Assembly: GCA_036172245.1 (NCBI GenBank)
Contig: JAYWIR010000035.1
Span: forward strand, 372,001-436,000
Direction of reading: 5' to 3'
Source: Raillietiella orientalis
Taxonomy: Eukaryota
Length of the DNA: 64,000 nt
This document shows, one piece after another, positions 1-13,058 of the stretch. The notes beneath the pieces are model-generated. The model had not been told where the DNA came from, made no database searches, and saw nothing but the letters and a program-made list of their open reading frames with translations. Position numbers and translations under genes: made by a program. Numbering within the stretch: position 1 is the first letter of the stretch; each line of letters opens with the position of its first letter.

Positions 1-199
1 TATCTTGAGTGTGTGCAGAGGAGCAACAGAAAATGCTCTGCGATTTCCGTTTCTCATCTCGGTCCAGCGTAATCAACAGCAGACCACTTCGCAACAGCAA
101 AAAGCTGATGAAAACCAGAGGTTTCTTTCTCACCGGGTCGAAAAGTGGAGTTCACGTGCTTCGCACCTACCAAAAAAAAAAAAGGTAGCGTGATGGAAA

Positions 200-700
200 A
201 TCAGGTGGTGGAATTTGAGATCTTCCCATCCCTTCCTCTTCGAGCACACTCGCACAATCATTCTGTAGTCTTTCGTAAGGCATCTCCTGTTGACCGCAGG
301 TTGCTTACGCGAAACGAGCGAGATGTTTGGCTTTGGAATGCAAGTGAGCCTTCTGTCTTCCTGCACGAGCTTTAGGTGCTCAAGGGGCTTCTGGCATCTG
401 CTTTTACAGAATGTAAAAGGGAAAACAGAGATGCTAACTGATTTATAAGACGGTGCGGATTTTCAGAGAGCGGAAAGTCTCGCTCAGGAAGAAATCGAGA
501 ACACGCACAATTGCACAAGAACGCAAAACAGGAAATATCAGGAGAGTGTTACTGCGAAATGCCTTGGAGGGCAGATGACGCTATCAGAAAACTTGCTTCT
601 CGTGATGCAACTGATGGGAAGAGGCCCACCCAGGAACTCGAAGGAAAACGAGAATTCGGGGACGCACTCTAACGGGTAATCACTGAAATTCCTTTACCAT
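200..700 (+). mobile_element. Possible decayed RTE-type LINE 3' fragment
   Basis: One frame near 565-670 reads WRADDAIRKLASRDATDGKRPTQELEGKREFGDAL*, loosely resembling the RTE C-terminal 'R..K...GKR.RGRP..RW.D' pattern. Heavily degraded; boundaries approximate. Confidence 0.3.
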
Positions 701-2222
701 AGGATCCCATGTTTTCCTTTCTTCTTCATTCAGAATGATGTGTTAAGAATGCTAGGTTCATCAGTAATGAGAATGAATGCCAAAGAGTAATCGCAACACC
801 TCCCTTTACGTATACCGGGGTAAGTCGACAAAAATGGTGAATAAATGAAAGAGTGAGCAAGCAGTGGATGCTTGGATTTCTAACTGTATCTTGATGCACT
901 GAAAATCCATAGCTGGTGTTCTCATCTAGAGCAATTAGGAAAAGTTCATCAAAAAGGGAATCCGCTTCTCTACAATGGTGCTGGCAAAGATGGTGACGCT
1001 TGAAATCATAAAAGAAATCTAGAGTCCCTTCTGAGATCAGGAAATGGCGAATTCAGGATCTCCCTGAATCCTTAAAGGAGTTTTTGTATCAAAAAACAAC
1101 AGACCGGGAAAATGCACAGGAATTAGTTCCTCAACACATTCAAGGTCGCGTCTAATCAGATTCCGTAGATCGCGCAACGATTACAAAGCCGTCTCTACTT
1201 TTTGAGGTTGCCGTTAGTTTTTTGTCTTTGCATGCGTGCAACAAATGCTCAGCGCCTAAGGCCTGAATAGCGAAACTCATCTGGCCAGAGATGCAGCACA
1301 CCCTCAACCTGCACAAAATCTTGGTAGAAATCAGAGGATGAATTTCCAGTATGCAGTTGCTCCATGACGTTCCTTTTCCTCAATTCAGAAATGAGGGACT
1401 CGACTTTAAATAAACTTGGCAATCCTGATAAATAAGCATTTGTATGATGCAAACGAGAACAAAGAAACCAAGTTGAGATAACAAAACACTCTTTGAAGAG
1501 GATCAAGAATCTATTACGGAGTTCAAAGACGAGCATCGACCCAACACAAAATTCCCCAGATCATTCTGGCTGCTACCTTCCTACAAAGTCCACACCTTGA
1601 CAACCGAGTGTTCGATTCTTAGAACGAAAAGGAAGTTCCTATTGATTAGATTTTTAGGTTTGTTGTATTGACGTATAAATGAGTTGTGATAAAATCAATT
1701 AATGTAAAAATCCAGATGTAGAATAACGTAGAATCTAGAATCTTGAATGCACAGATTCTGTAAAAGAGTACCTCGACTCACAGAAGCATCGAAAGGATTT
1801 TTAAAATGAAAACGGAAAAGTACGAAGACCATAAAGATGAAACTGAATTAAGCTTTTAAAAGAAAATTATTTACCTCAAATGTTCACTAAGTTTACAAAA
1901 AAATAAAAACTAAATCATAGGGATCAAATTTTTCGAAACAAGCAAACTAGAGGTTTTCTGAAAGGTCATCAAAGTTAGAAACGAGTAATACAACCTTTTT
2001 CAATCTCGTTAGTTAAAGATTGGTTTACTTGAATGCTCACACAAATCCTTAACCAAGCTTCATCCTAGCAGAGATGATCAAATCTTCATTTAGGGTCAAT
2101 TACATTCGGATTCTTTTTACATTAAATAATGTTAAAAGGGGGAAAGAAAACAGATGATTCTGGCTCTCTTCTGCTTCACATGCCTCTTCTCTTCAGCTCC
2201 TCCTGTGAATTTGGTTCCTATT

Positions 2223-3573
2223 TTACGGGCGGTGACCCAGCAGATGTTCCTGGTACACATTGTGGAAATTCTGTACGTTCGAGTACATCTCTTTTCCGAT
2301 GTACTTTCCCTGCTTCTTGGGGGTCTTCGATTCCCTGAACACTCTGCCATCTCTCGAATCCCAGAATTCCACTAGGATTTCTCTCATGGTAGCGACAAAG
2401 TGGAAAGCCAACTCTTCCGCGTTGTCTTTCCGTCTTCTGAATTTCCTCCCCTCAACGCTGTTGATGAATATTGAGGGAGGAGGGGCTAAGAGACGTCCAG
2501 CATGCCCACATTCCCTTATGGGACACCTGGAATCTGAAAACAACGGCACAGCCTCCCAAAAGAGCGAGATCTGGCTTTAACTTCGAATCTGTTAATGAAT
2601 TTTCACAAAGGCCTCGATAATAGGTATAAGCAGCATCTGCAATAGCAGTCGATAATAGCGATCTAAAGGCTGCACCTGTTTTTCGTGTGAGGGTGATACA
2701 CAGCTTTGGCATGTTTGTCAGGATGGCTCTCAAAAGAGCGAGATCTGGCATTAGCTTCGAATCTGTTCCAGGAATAGCCTGGTTGGTAGCCACCAACTGT
2801 TTCGGGTCAGCCTTCTTTATTCGGGTCACCAGCTCGTCTGCCTCTCCTTAACCATCCTCTTCTTGCCGGCACCAGGATAACGTTCCGTTTCTCAACATAA
2901 GCAAATGTTTGATCTGCTGACCCATGGGTTCGACGCTGGATAGGGAATGCCCCCGAGTCCGGCGCCGTCCAACGCAGGACATGAGGGTCTTCACTCAGAC
3001 CAGGTGTTTTGCAAGAGAGGATGTCCACGCTGCCTGGCATTGCATCGTGAAGCGGTTGAGGTGAATTTCCTTTCTCATATAGGCATCAAATATTGAGTCC
3101 CTAAATGCGGTCCTGGATACTGTTCTCTCAAGTGCCCGTTCTACCTATATTCTTCTGAGCCTGCCGATCCAAACGCTTCTGTTGTCGCTGCTAGATTTGT
3201 TCCATTTTCCGTCAATCAGTCCATTGACGTGAAATCTTAAAACTGTTGGTGGTGCCATCGAACTCGACGTCTTTTGAGACAAACCCTGTACTTTCAGACC
3301 GGGAGAGGTCGCCGGTTTGAAACAGTTGCGAGCAGAGAAGCTATCGGCCCCGTCAGGTGGATTGGATCCACAGAGGCATCTCACTGACCTGTCTGGATTC
3401 CCTTGATACCCAGCCGGCACTACGCGTATTCTCGATAAAGCATCGTGGCAATGATCCTGCCCTATCTTTCGTGAAAACAGCATTCGAAGCAATTGATTTG
3501 CGCTTTCCCACATTTCTTTGAAGCAAAAGTGAGACCAGGATTGATGAAACTTGCAGTTTTTGGATCTTGGCAA
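2223..3573 (-). mobile_element. Decayed RLE-type (R2 superfamily, NeSL/Utopia-like) non-LTR retrotransposon, 3' portion
   Basis: Frameshifted minus-strand pieces give, in order: a decayed zinc-knuckle region (CKTPGLSEDPHVL...QRRTH), ELVTRIKKA, a KPDLAL endonuclease-like motif, FWD, and a C-terminal 'NVYQEHLLGHRP*' resembling the '...IY.EH.TGHR' end of NeSL/Utopia ORFs. A related copy lies at 36.6-37.0 kb. Confidence 0.6.
2557..2767. repeat. 37-bp direct repeat pair (2557-2593 and 2731-2767)
   Basis: caaaagagcgagatctggctttaacttcgaatctgtt vs caaaagagcgagatctggcattagcttcgaatctgtt: 35/37 identical, 174 bp apart. Confidence 0.95.
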
Positions 3574-6500
3574 AATAAGCTAATGCAAGTTAGTCGAAAT
3601 ATGCTACACCCTGCAACTGCATTTAAAGCGATGGGTGTTAAACGAATATGACGTATGCAGAATAGTTACCCGCCTTACTTGGAGTGAACGTGGGATATCG
3701 TTCCAACCGAGATCGTGGAAAAGCGGCGGAATCAAATTCAGAATGATATCGGCCGGAGGTGGTAATTTCCTAGATGCATGATAGCAGATCTGTTAACAAG
3801 AAATCGTCTTTTGACTCGACAAGTACTTCGTGTATTAACGATCATCAAGGCTGAAGTGCATTTGAGGGGGTGAAGGGCGTTTCATTTTTTTTCATCGTTT
3901 TGCACTGCAACCTTCCAGTTCCTTCCAAACTAAATAATAAGGAGGAGAAAAGGCCGCTTAACGAGCAAACCATAGCATTATAATATGCTATCATATATGC
4001 GGACTTTTGAAAATTTCAAAAAATTTCAATAAGGCTTTTTCATAAGATTGAAATGGAAGTCAAATTCTTCAGATAAATTGTACATTCTCTTCTAAAGCAA
4101 AGTAATATCATGGGTAATTTACTTGCTTGGCAATGGAAAGTGCTATCTTTTTACCTGTTTTTTATCTGTGTTTCGCTCAGCCCGAAAAAATCGCAGCCAT
4201 TTTTTGGAACACTCAAAGAAGTAAGGCTAATTAGTGTTGTTTTGTGCTTTCTTCAAGTTCACGCTTACACATGCATAAATTGATACAAAACGAATTTATC
4301 ATCATCTGTAATTGTAGCTTAATTAAATAATTATTTCCTTTCTTAGTACAGATTACTTAGTTTCGTTCATGATTCACTTGGTGAATGCTTATTTCATATA
4401 TTACTGCACCCATCGGTGGTAAAATAATACCTACTTTGAGTAAAAACCGTTCTTTCTGATACAAGTCTACACCTGCAGTGTGTTATCTTTTGAAAAAAAT
4501 CTGCTATTAATTGAAGTTGTTTATACTGAATACTTTCCGGACTCAACAACTGCATTTTCTCATCTTCATTCTCGACGCCATTTTAAAAGTGGGAACTTTG
4601 CATTTGTAATACAATTAAGATTGCATTTGCCTATTCACCCCTAACAGCGGAGGAAATGTTACCAACACTGCCAACTTTATCACTGTGTAAAATGCTGATA
4701 TGCAGAAAATTGGATCGTAACTATGTGTAGGCAGCGATTAAAATTGCATTAATGGGAAAGCAAAACGCGCAGATCTAATGCAGTAAACTATCTTTAAAAT
4801 TGCGCATGACTGTTTGATTCATGTATTAAAAAAACAGGAGGTAAAGAAAAGTTCTGTATTTTCATAAGCTGACTTTTTCACAATTTTTCACTTAAATTTG
4901 TTACTTGAAAAAGAAAACAAAAACATCAAAAAGGGGTGTTCGTTTTATGACAACGACAACTCTTATAACGCTTACAGATCTCATTTTCATCAGTAGTATT
5001 CTGCAGCACAGTTACAGCCTTCAAATATTGCTCCAAATGTTAAATCATGCAGTTAAACTAATATTCTTTAAGGTTGCAAGAAGAAAACCCTACCATGAGA
5101 GAGCAATCGAAAAGGCTGATCGGAACGAGAGAAAGAAAAAATAAAAAAATTAAGAACAAAGTGTCCAGGGTATGATATACAGAAAATATATTGTTGAGAT
5201 CAAAGAACTGCTCTTCTATACAGCTACAATAGTAATACAATTATATGGAATAGCAACTATGCTGTCAATGTGTAGAGATCATAACAATGAATGTGAATAG
5301 CAATAATAATGAATATGTGAATATGAAACTATTGAGTTATATTGACATGATTTTATTGGGAGACAATACCCATCTATGGGAGATTACTGAAGTCAGTGCT
5401 TTGAACCCATAAATATAAAATTGAAAAACATAGGGCATATAAAAAGGATGGGCGACAAGATTGTGAAAACTACATGAACCAGCAAAAATTTCAAAGCACA
5501 ATTCTCAAAGCTTTGTTTTTATCTAATAACCCCTCCATACTTAGACATCGAAGAAAACCTTTACCGAAGACGAATTTGATAGTAAAATGAGAAAGATAAG
5601 AAAAGGATTGGCGCAGAAGAGTCATAGAAAGTTTTAACATTCTAACATTGATGGGACAGAAGCATAAAATTAGCTTGGTTTCATGAATTTTAAGGACATT
5701 CAAAGAAAGAAATTGGAAATACAATAATAGTGATTATACTAATACGAATAGGTTTTGTATACGCTTCGAAAGAGGAAGAAATGCACACTAGAAGTAATCA
5801 GTGAGATGATATTCGATGGTCGGGAATTCTAAAGCAAGCAGGCATGGTATAGGCATTTTTATAGAGGAAAAGAAAGCTATAGGATGTACTTAAAAACACA
5901 CACACACATACAGAGGAATCCAGTGTGTTAAATTTAGGAAAACCAAATGCTTGGCTCACATCGGTCTTGATTAAACTTGAAACAGCACTGAATATTTTTG
6001 CATGCTGTCTTGAAAGAACTCACGAACATCACTGCAGGTGCAACTACTGAGATGGTATTAGTAATGAGATTTTTGTACAAATTGCATATTGATATTTGTA
6101 CAAAAATTCGAAGTGAAAAAGGATGTTAGAGCGAAATCTGCTTTGCAGTGAGTGATTCGTATTTATCGATGAAATAACAGAAAATGAATCGTCAGAACTT
6201 GCTTGACTGATAACAAATAACCTATGCTTTGAGGCAACTGAGCAAAGTAAATCAAAATATACTGTACCTGAACTAAATGAAAGGTTTCAATGCAAGAGTC
6301 GATGTTCTGAATGTTCTCACGTCTTGCTTATACACTTCTTCACAGAATAAACAAGTTGATTTGTTAACGCAAGAAACAAGATTTCGTACAAATGCAAGTG
6401 CATTAACGGCAGCATTCGTGTAAATTTGAGGAAATAATCTTTTCTTCTTGTGACGTAATCCTAAGCACTATAGGGTAAGACTATAGTTGACTGAATGCAT

Positions 6501-7496
6501 TGGTGGGCACAATCGCAATAGATGCAATTGGAATAAAAGCATTTCTGAAGTGAAAGGCATTGTAAATGATTGAATGTATATAAATATATCTATTTGATTT
6601 GCTCTAAAAAATGCGTACTTGCTCCGAAAGAAAAAAACGAATTTGAAAGAAACCAGTGAGTATGAATGGTAGATTTCGTGATCGGAATAAGGCTCATGAA
6701 ATCACAAAAAGGCAATCATGAGCACACTAAAGAAGTGCAAGCACTTTATAATCTGTCGACTTGCAATAGAATATTTTAAACTTGTCAGTTGGCAGTTAAT
6801 TGAGACGAGCATCTCGATACTCTTGTATTACAATGTTTTTTGTCTATTGGATTTTGTTTCAGAATTCAAATGATAACGACCTGGAGCACTTGTTTGAAAT
6901 ACCTCTGTCCTGAATAGTCCTCTCGATTTTCTTTTGCTTTTGTTACTCCACCTCTTAGGAAACGCGTTTGTATTTGGCTGTGATCTCCGACTATTGTCCA
7001 TTCCTGCGAGTCTGCTTGTTCGAACTCCCTAGCGGCACTTCGTGTTTTCGCCGCAGATGTCGTCCAAGTCGTCTTATGCTAGTTCTTTGTAGCGCTCAGC
7101 AACAGAACTTCAATTTTGTTTATTTCGGTAGAAATTGCACGGCAACCATTTGAATTCAAGCTCACCGCGAGGTTTGTATCCAGGACTAACCCGAGTGCTG
7201 ATGCCCTGAGGTGTTAAACCAGATTTACATTCTTGTTTCCCACTTTCCCATCATTTCGAGAATCCATGCGCAGATGTTAAGCAGGCGTGAAGTTGTGTCA
7301 CTTACTTGTGGTCCATAGGCTGCCCAGGTGCATCGATTTCTATAGGAAAAAATAAGTGAACTCATCAATGATATAACAATAAACGATCATTAGTACTTAG
7401 TGGTCTTTATGTACTTGGCACTCTTGGATTTTGAATCCAAAGAAAGCTTTTCATCAGCTTATACCATTATATGTTGTGAAAAGGAGCATTATTACT

Positions 7497-8801
7497 ATGA
7501 AGAGATATTTGCCTGCAATAAGCCATAAGACAAAAAGGTGTTCAAGAAATAATGACTTTCGTAAATTTCCCATTTTGAACAGCACTGGTGGAGTAGAAGC
7601 AGACATGAAGCAGTGTAACCAGCATAAAGGAATATTTGACGGGGACAGTGTTTTTATAGATGATGAAACATCTATAAGTATGATGTGCCGTATGGTAAGG
7701 AATTATCTAGTTAATGATAATTTGAAATGGTCTATGTGGCAATGGCTACATTGTCCACCCATAAAATAGGGAGGATTTGGAAAAGGCAATTTATCAAGAA
7801 GTAAACCAGTATTTAAGGAACATTATACAGTAATAGAGAAATGTCAGTATCAGAGGAGATATGAATGGCAGCATATTCTTAATAGTATGTCATTTCTTAC
7901 AGAAAATCCAGATAAAATACAGGAGGAAATATTACATGGTAACAGTTTAAAATTGAAATGTTCAAATAATCATTTTTTTAAAGATTCTCTACTAAAAGCA
8001 CAATGTTCGGCACATCTTCATGAGCAAGTTGGTGAGACCTTGTGCAAAGAGCCAAAGATAATAAACAATGTTATTGATGAACAATCAAAATTAAGCAATT
8101 CGGATGTCTTGGTAGTGGATGACTTCTGTAATGATAAGGAAACTTTCACATACACTATTAAAAAGGACCCATTTCCAATCAAAGAATTACTTTATCTGAG
8201 TTTAGAAGAAGCATTTTTTCTGTCGTATGGTATAGGTTGTTTGTCTGTTTCCATGAAAAATGGCAACATCCTAACATTGGAAAAAATGTGGGAAGAATTT
8301 TCTAATGTAGATAAGCACTTTCCTTTTAAATATGCTTGCTATCATTATTACAGAAGTTGTGGATGGACTGTGAAAACAGGGATTAAGTTTGGTTCAGATT
8401 ATTGTAAGCTGCCATTATTATTTTTTTTGTTCTTTTACCTCTTTTCAGTGCTTTATAATGATGACCCCTCATATATGCATGCTTCCTGCTCTGTGATTAT
8501 CAGAGTAGTAGATCAAAACAGTGCTGTCATTCAGGACAAAAATTGGCGTTTTTTTGACATTCTCACTCTAGCAAGATTATTACGATTAACAGAGTGCTCA
8601 TCAAAGGTAACAAAGAGGATTATTAATTACATTTTAAATTGATGTATCGTACAGACCTTAGTTGTATTTACAATCATGATTCCTGAAAGCATTTCAAGTA
8701 AAAGTACTATCACTGCAGGATTCCTTCGTGATATCAAGGTTTTTGAATGCATCCTATCTCACTGGTCACCAGAGAAAGAACGAGAAACGACAGTACCTTG
8801 A
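7497..8801 (+). CDS. TSEN2: tRNA-splicing endonuclease catalytic subunit Sen2; exons approx. 7497-7694, 7770-7938, 7984-8403, 8449-8606, 8655-8801
   Basis: Spliced product contains G.FGKGNLSRSKP, ELLYLSLEEAFFLSYGIGCL, YHYYRSCGWTVKTGIKFGSDYLLY...YMHAS (catalytic Tyr/His), SSK (Lys) and a C-terminal HWSPEKER. GT-AG introns of 75, 45, 45 and 48 nt restore the frame; the 7939-7983 intron is inferred and could be exonic. Confidence 0.9.
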
Positions 8802-9289
8802 TTATTAATTAATCACTACACAATGGATCATGCAGCTGTGTAATTACACTCATATATTACTCAAATAATATGAAAGTTTAGCTTTTATAATTAAATTTAT
8901 TCACGTATAACTTAAGAAATAGGAAGTACACTAACATGCTCCTATTGAACAGTTTGGTAATCAGATTGTTAAATATTTTGTGGAGCTATACAAATATAGT
9001 CTACCATAAAATGGGTTAAAATAAGTAACTGTTTAGAGATGAACTTTTAAGAAATTTTCACATCACAGTAATGCACATTTTCTTTTTAAATTAAGTTCGG
9101 AGCAAACCGATACCCAGAACTCTTCCCATGTTTTGGTATACTTTGTGATCAATGGATTGATTTCATTTGTACATGATTAGTTTGGGAAGGCTTCATGCAT
9201 TTAAAAAACACATAAAAAAGTGGATATTTAAGAGTCACAGCTATAATTGGCTTGGGTTCCGGGGCAGCAAATTGAAGAGTGAGGAGTGC

Positions 9290-12200
9290 TCAGGCAAAAT
9301 ACATGACTTTATTAGTGTCTGCATGGACAGTAACTGCTCGTGCAAGAGCACTGGGTGTACGATCCTCACTGTTTCCTGATTGATGAGAACCTTCTCCACT
9401 AAAAAATAAACACTAAACTTACAGACTTGAAAACTTCTACAAACCTATCATGTTCCTTCTCAACTAGATGATAGCGAGCACGAAATGCAACAAGATGAGC
9501 ATAGTAGGCAGGAGCTGGTATGGATACACTTCGCGTGCATCTCACATATGTATGGCATAATTGATATGTGAGTTGCTGCAATTCATCTGAGTCGAAATGA
9601 TTATCATCCCATAAAACATGATAATGTGAGGGCCGACTGGTGCCCTGTATTCCTTGGTGTGAACACAAATAAAAATCAAATTCAGTGGGATGTGTAATTC
9701 CCATGTCCACTGTAGTGCCAGCTGGAATATTTCCTGACTTTCCAGACATATCTTTCTTATCAGAACAAAACAGTCTCGTATGATGGCGTTTTTGCACCAC
9801 AATGAAAGTTATACCAGGCCGATACTCAGGTTCAAGTTTGATGCAAGCCTCACGCACAGCAATCAATTCATGCTGTAGCACAGTTTGAAATTGGCCTTCA
9901 CTCACTCCATCTCGGTAGAAAATGATTCGATTAGGTTTAAAACGAGTAGATTTATAAAACTGAATGAGCAACTCTCGGACCATTGCGGATAATTCTTGGA
10001 TAATTTCCTGTCGATGTTGCTGGACCCTCACAGTAGCTGCATATCTTGATGGATGTGCATCCATAGATCCAACAACTGCTGCTATGGACGGTTTTTTGTT
10101 ATCTCCAGCTGGTGGATGTGTTACATCAGCACCAAGGAAAATAACAGGCTCATTGAACACCTGAAGTTACAGAAGTATAATCACCTTTGTGAATGATTTC
10201 TAACCTTAGGTCGAATACTAGGGACAAGAATACTATTGACACCACCTAACTTGACATTAATTTTCAAGCACAAATTAGACAAAGTTTGTGGTGATGTTTT
10301 GTTTACATTTTTTGCTTGAACACACTGAGTAGCCATTCCTAGCACAGTATCACCAACACGTTTCACTTCAGCTAAGCTTTGCATATAAAATGAAACACTA
10401 AGGGCCAATTTACCATATACAGGTGTTTTCCCTGGCAATACAACCACAACTAACTGTAATCCATCAAAATTCGCTTTCAGGTAACGGAACATGGGTTCTA
10501 CTTGGTCAGGACCAGTAGCATATTTACAAAAACATGGACCACCAATAATTGGCATACCTGCATCATTACTTATCTTCTGAAGTTGTTGAGTAAAATTCCT
10601 GTGGTTTTCCATATAATATAATTTTATTTATATCTATTCTGACCTGAGATTGTCTTCACGAACCAGCTTTGAGGAAGCGAAACAGGCAATTGCCCAAACA
10701 CGGATTTCAACACCACAATAGAACTGTTTGCCACGCATATCCCACACACCTTGATTTGGTAAAGCTTGTTGTTTTGTCTAACACATAACATTAAAACAAA
10801 AACACTTTTAATTTTCATGACCACTCTAATGCATAATGTTTCTTAGTATCTTTGCAAGGATAAGTATGTTTACTTTATTTCAAATTTCTCATTTTGATAA
10901 TAAATCAGTTAGGATTACAATCAAAAAATAAAAACATTAAGCAAAATTACATTTTCAAGCCCTACCCTGCCACCATACTGGAGTTTAGGTGGTGGAAGGA
11001 CACGACCACGGACTTCCATCATGCTATGGCTGATAGTCAATCCAAATTCTTTAACATAAGGATCATTGTTAAAATCAGCCTTGCGAACCAAATTATTAAT
11101 TTCTTTTTCTCTATCTGGAGCAGATCTTGCTGTAGCTTTTATCATAGTAGAAGTCTGCATATCTGTCAACTTCTTGATGCAGCGCTGTCCAGCCACAATA
11201 TTACACACCTTTATGGACATCAGCACTTTGGTGATAAGATTTGAATATTTAACTTACTTCTAAAGGAAGATAAGTATGCTTATGCTCTTGACCTACTTGC
11301 AAGCATGAAAGATGGGGATACATGAGTTTCATACGATATTTATCTAGAAAATATTTGGCAACAGTGCATTCAACAGTTTGCCCATTCTCCAGCTGTAGAG
11401 GAAATCTGGGCAAAAATAACATACAACGTATTTAATTTTTCATTTCATTACGATTGCATCTGTGCTGGTCTTCTTGTCACATTACATACACGGTATTTAC
11501 GACGCATAGTGCCACAATGGGTGATTTCTATTTTAAGACCTTTAATCTCCTTTGTAAATTTGACTCTCTGAGAATCGGTTAGAGGTTTTTTTTGTTCATT
11601 GATATCTTGAATGTCCAAGACTTCACACATGAATTTCACAACAGGTTGAGCTTTATAAAATGCAGTTGCAGATACTAAAAACAAAGAACACAAAATTCTT
11701 TGGTATTGAAGAGCATTCCAATTACCATCAATGTTAAGCATCATTTTCCACTGTGATGGTCTTACACTCTGATGAAAACCAAACCAAACTTCCCTACCAC
11801 CACCCAATGGGTGATAATAGCCTTCTGGTGAAGAGAAAAAACTACGACCTACAGGTGTATATGTCATAGAAGGCAAATGACGCATAACAACATCCAAAGC
11901 CTGGACTTAATGTAAACACAAATGTATTCCAATGATATATAATAACCTGAATAGCATCAAATGGGATGGTTCTTGATCTTCCTTCCAAAGCCTCTTCTAA
12001 GGCATACAAAGAAACTTGTGCAACCCATTTGACAGCTACTCTAAATACTCGATCCTTCCCTTCACCTGGTAAAGTTACCTAAATTAGAATTAAATTAGGT
12101 TTGCAAATGACCTGATTAGATTTTAAAAAAACAAATGTCACAGACTTACATCAAGTTTCAAAAAAATAACCAAAATTGTACAAATGTACATAAACCATCA

Positions 12201-13058
12201 AAATCTTTCAAAATTTACCTCTAGTTCAACACGATCATTACCAACTGGTAAAGGGTCACGAGTATATAAATTTGACCGTCCATCAAAAACAGGCTTCAAA
12301 TTTCCAAATATTTTACCATAAGCATGAACCATTGTTTCAATGATTTCTCTTAAAATTGAAAACACTAGATATATGCCTTATAAACATTAATCATTACCTG
12401 TTAACTTTTCTAGGACATTTGTCAGGTTGAATGCTAATATCATAGTGGTGAAGAAAGCCAGTTGGCATAGTAATTTGGAAGTGATTAGCACGCAACAAAA
12501 TTGGACGACCTTCTTTTCCTAGGTTGGGTCTACGTGGTGAAATAAACACTAAAATAAATGATACTGTAGCATAACAGCATCAAAAACTCGTTAACTATGA
12601 AAAAACCTTCATAGCTAATATAAACTGCAAAGGTAATTTGCAATTCCAGCAACTATGCACAAAAGCACATAAACGAAGTTTAGGGGATATAATTTAACTT
12701 ACAGATTGCATACTTCTGAAAGTTTTGAATTAAACAGATCTAGTGAAAATAGACTAACTCAAAAATTAATAAACAACATGTTGCTGAAAATCAGATTTTT
12801 AAAATAATATGACACGAAAAATGAAATCGAAATAGTTCGGTGATTTAGAAAACTCACTTGGAATTTCAGCCATTCCTGACTGATGAAGTGCAGAGAGTAA
12901 AGATCCACTCACTGCACCTGGAGGTACTCCTACTGGGCCTGGTCCAGAAGGTCCCACTGCACCAACTGATGGCCCAGGAGCCCCTGGAGCTATTTTACAA
13001 CAGTAAACAAAGCACTGATTATCCTAGACACAAACTTACATTGCCCAACGGGAAACAT
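9290..13058 (-). CDS. AGO1: Argonaute, miRNA class (arthropod AGO1 orthologue), multi-exon
   Basis: Starts MFPVGQ (exon 13058-13040), then a Gly/Pro-rich exon, [19 protein letters not shown]1/PAZ ([24 protein letters not shown]), MID (GKTPVYAEVK) and PIWI with intact D-E-D-H tetrad ([32 protein letters not shown]). Ends KVMYFA-TGA at 9292-9290. The introns I checked are GT-AG. Confidence 0.97.

Noticed and set aside
810..1620. Possible pogo/Tc1-type transposase remnant
   Set aside because: Only a vague helix-turn-helix-like resemblance with several stops; no DDE motif or paired terminal repeats identified.
5400..5880. Possible RTE LINE 3' remnant
   Set aside because: Motif hints are too degraded to support a call without a search.
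6069..6107. 14-bp inverted repeat (atttttgtacaaat / atttgtacaaaaat)
   Set aside because: AT-rich, built around a self-palindromic core, and isolated; no supporting context.
6870..7330. GC-richer tract upstream of TSEN2 considered as RNase P/MRP RNA or an snRNA
   Set aside because: No conserved CR-I/CR-V, Sm-site or snRNA 5' motifs found on either strand.
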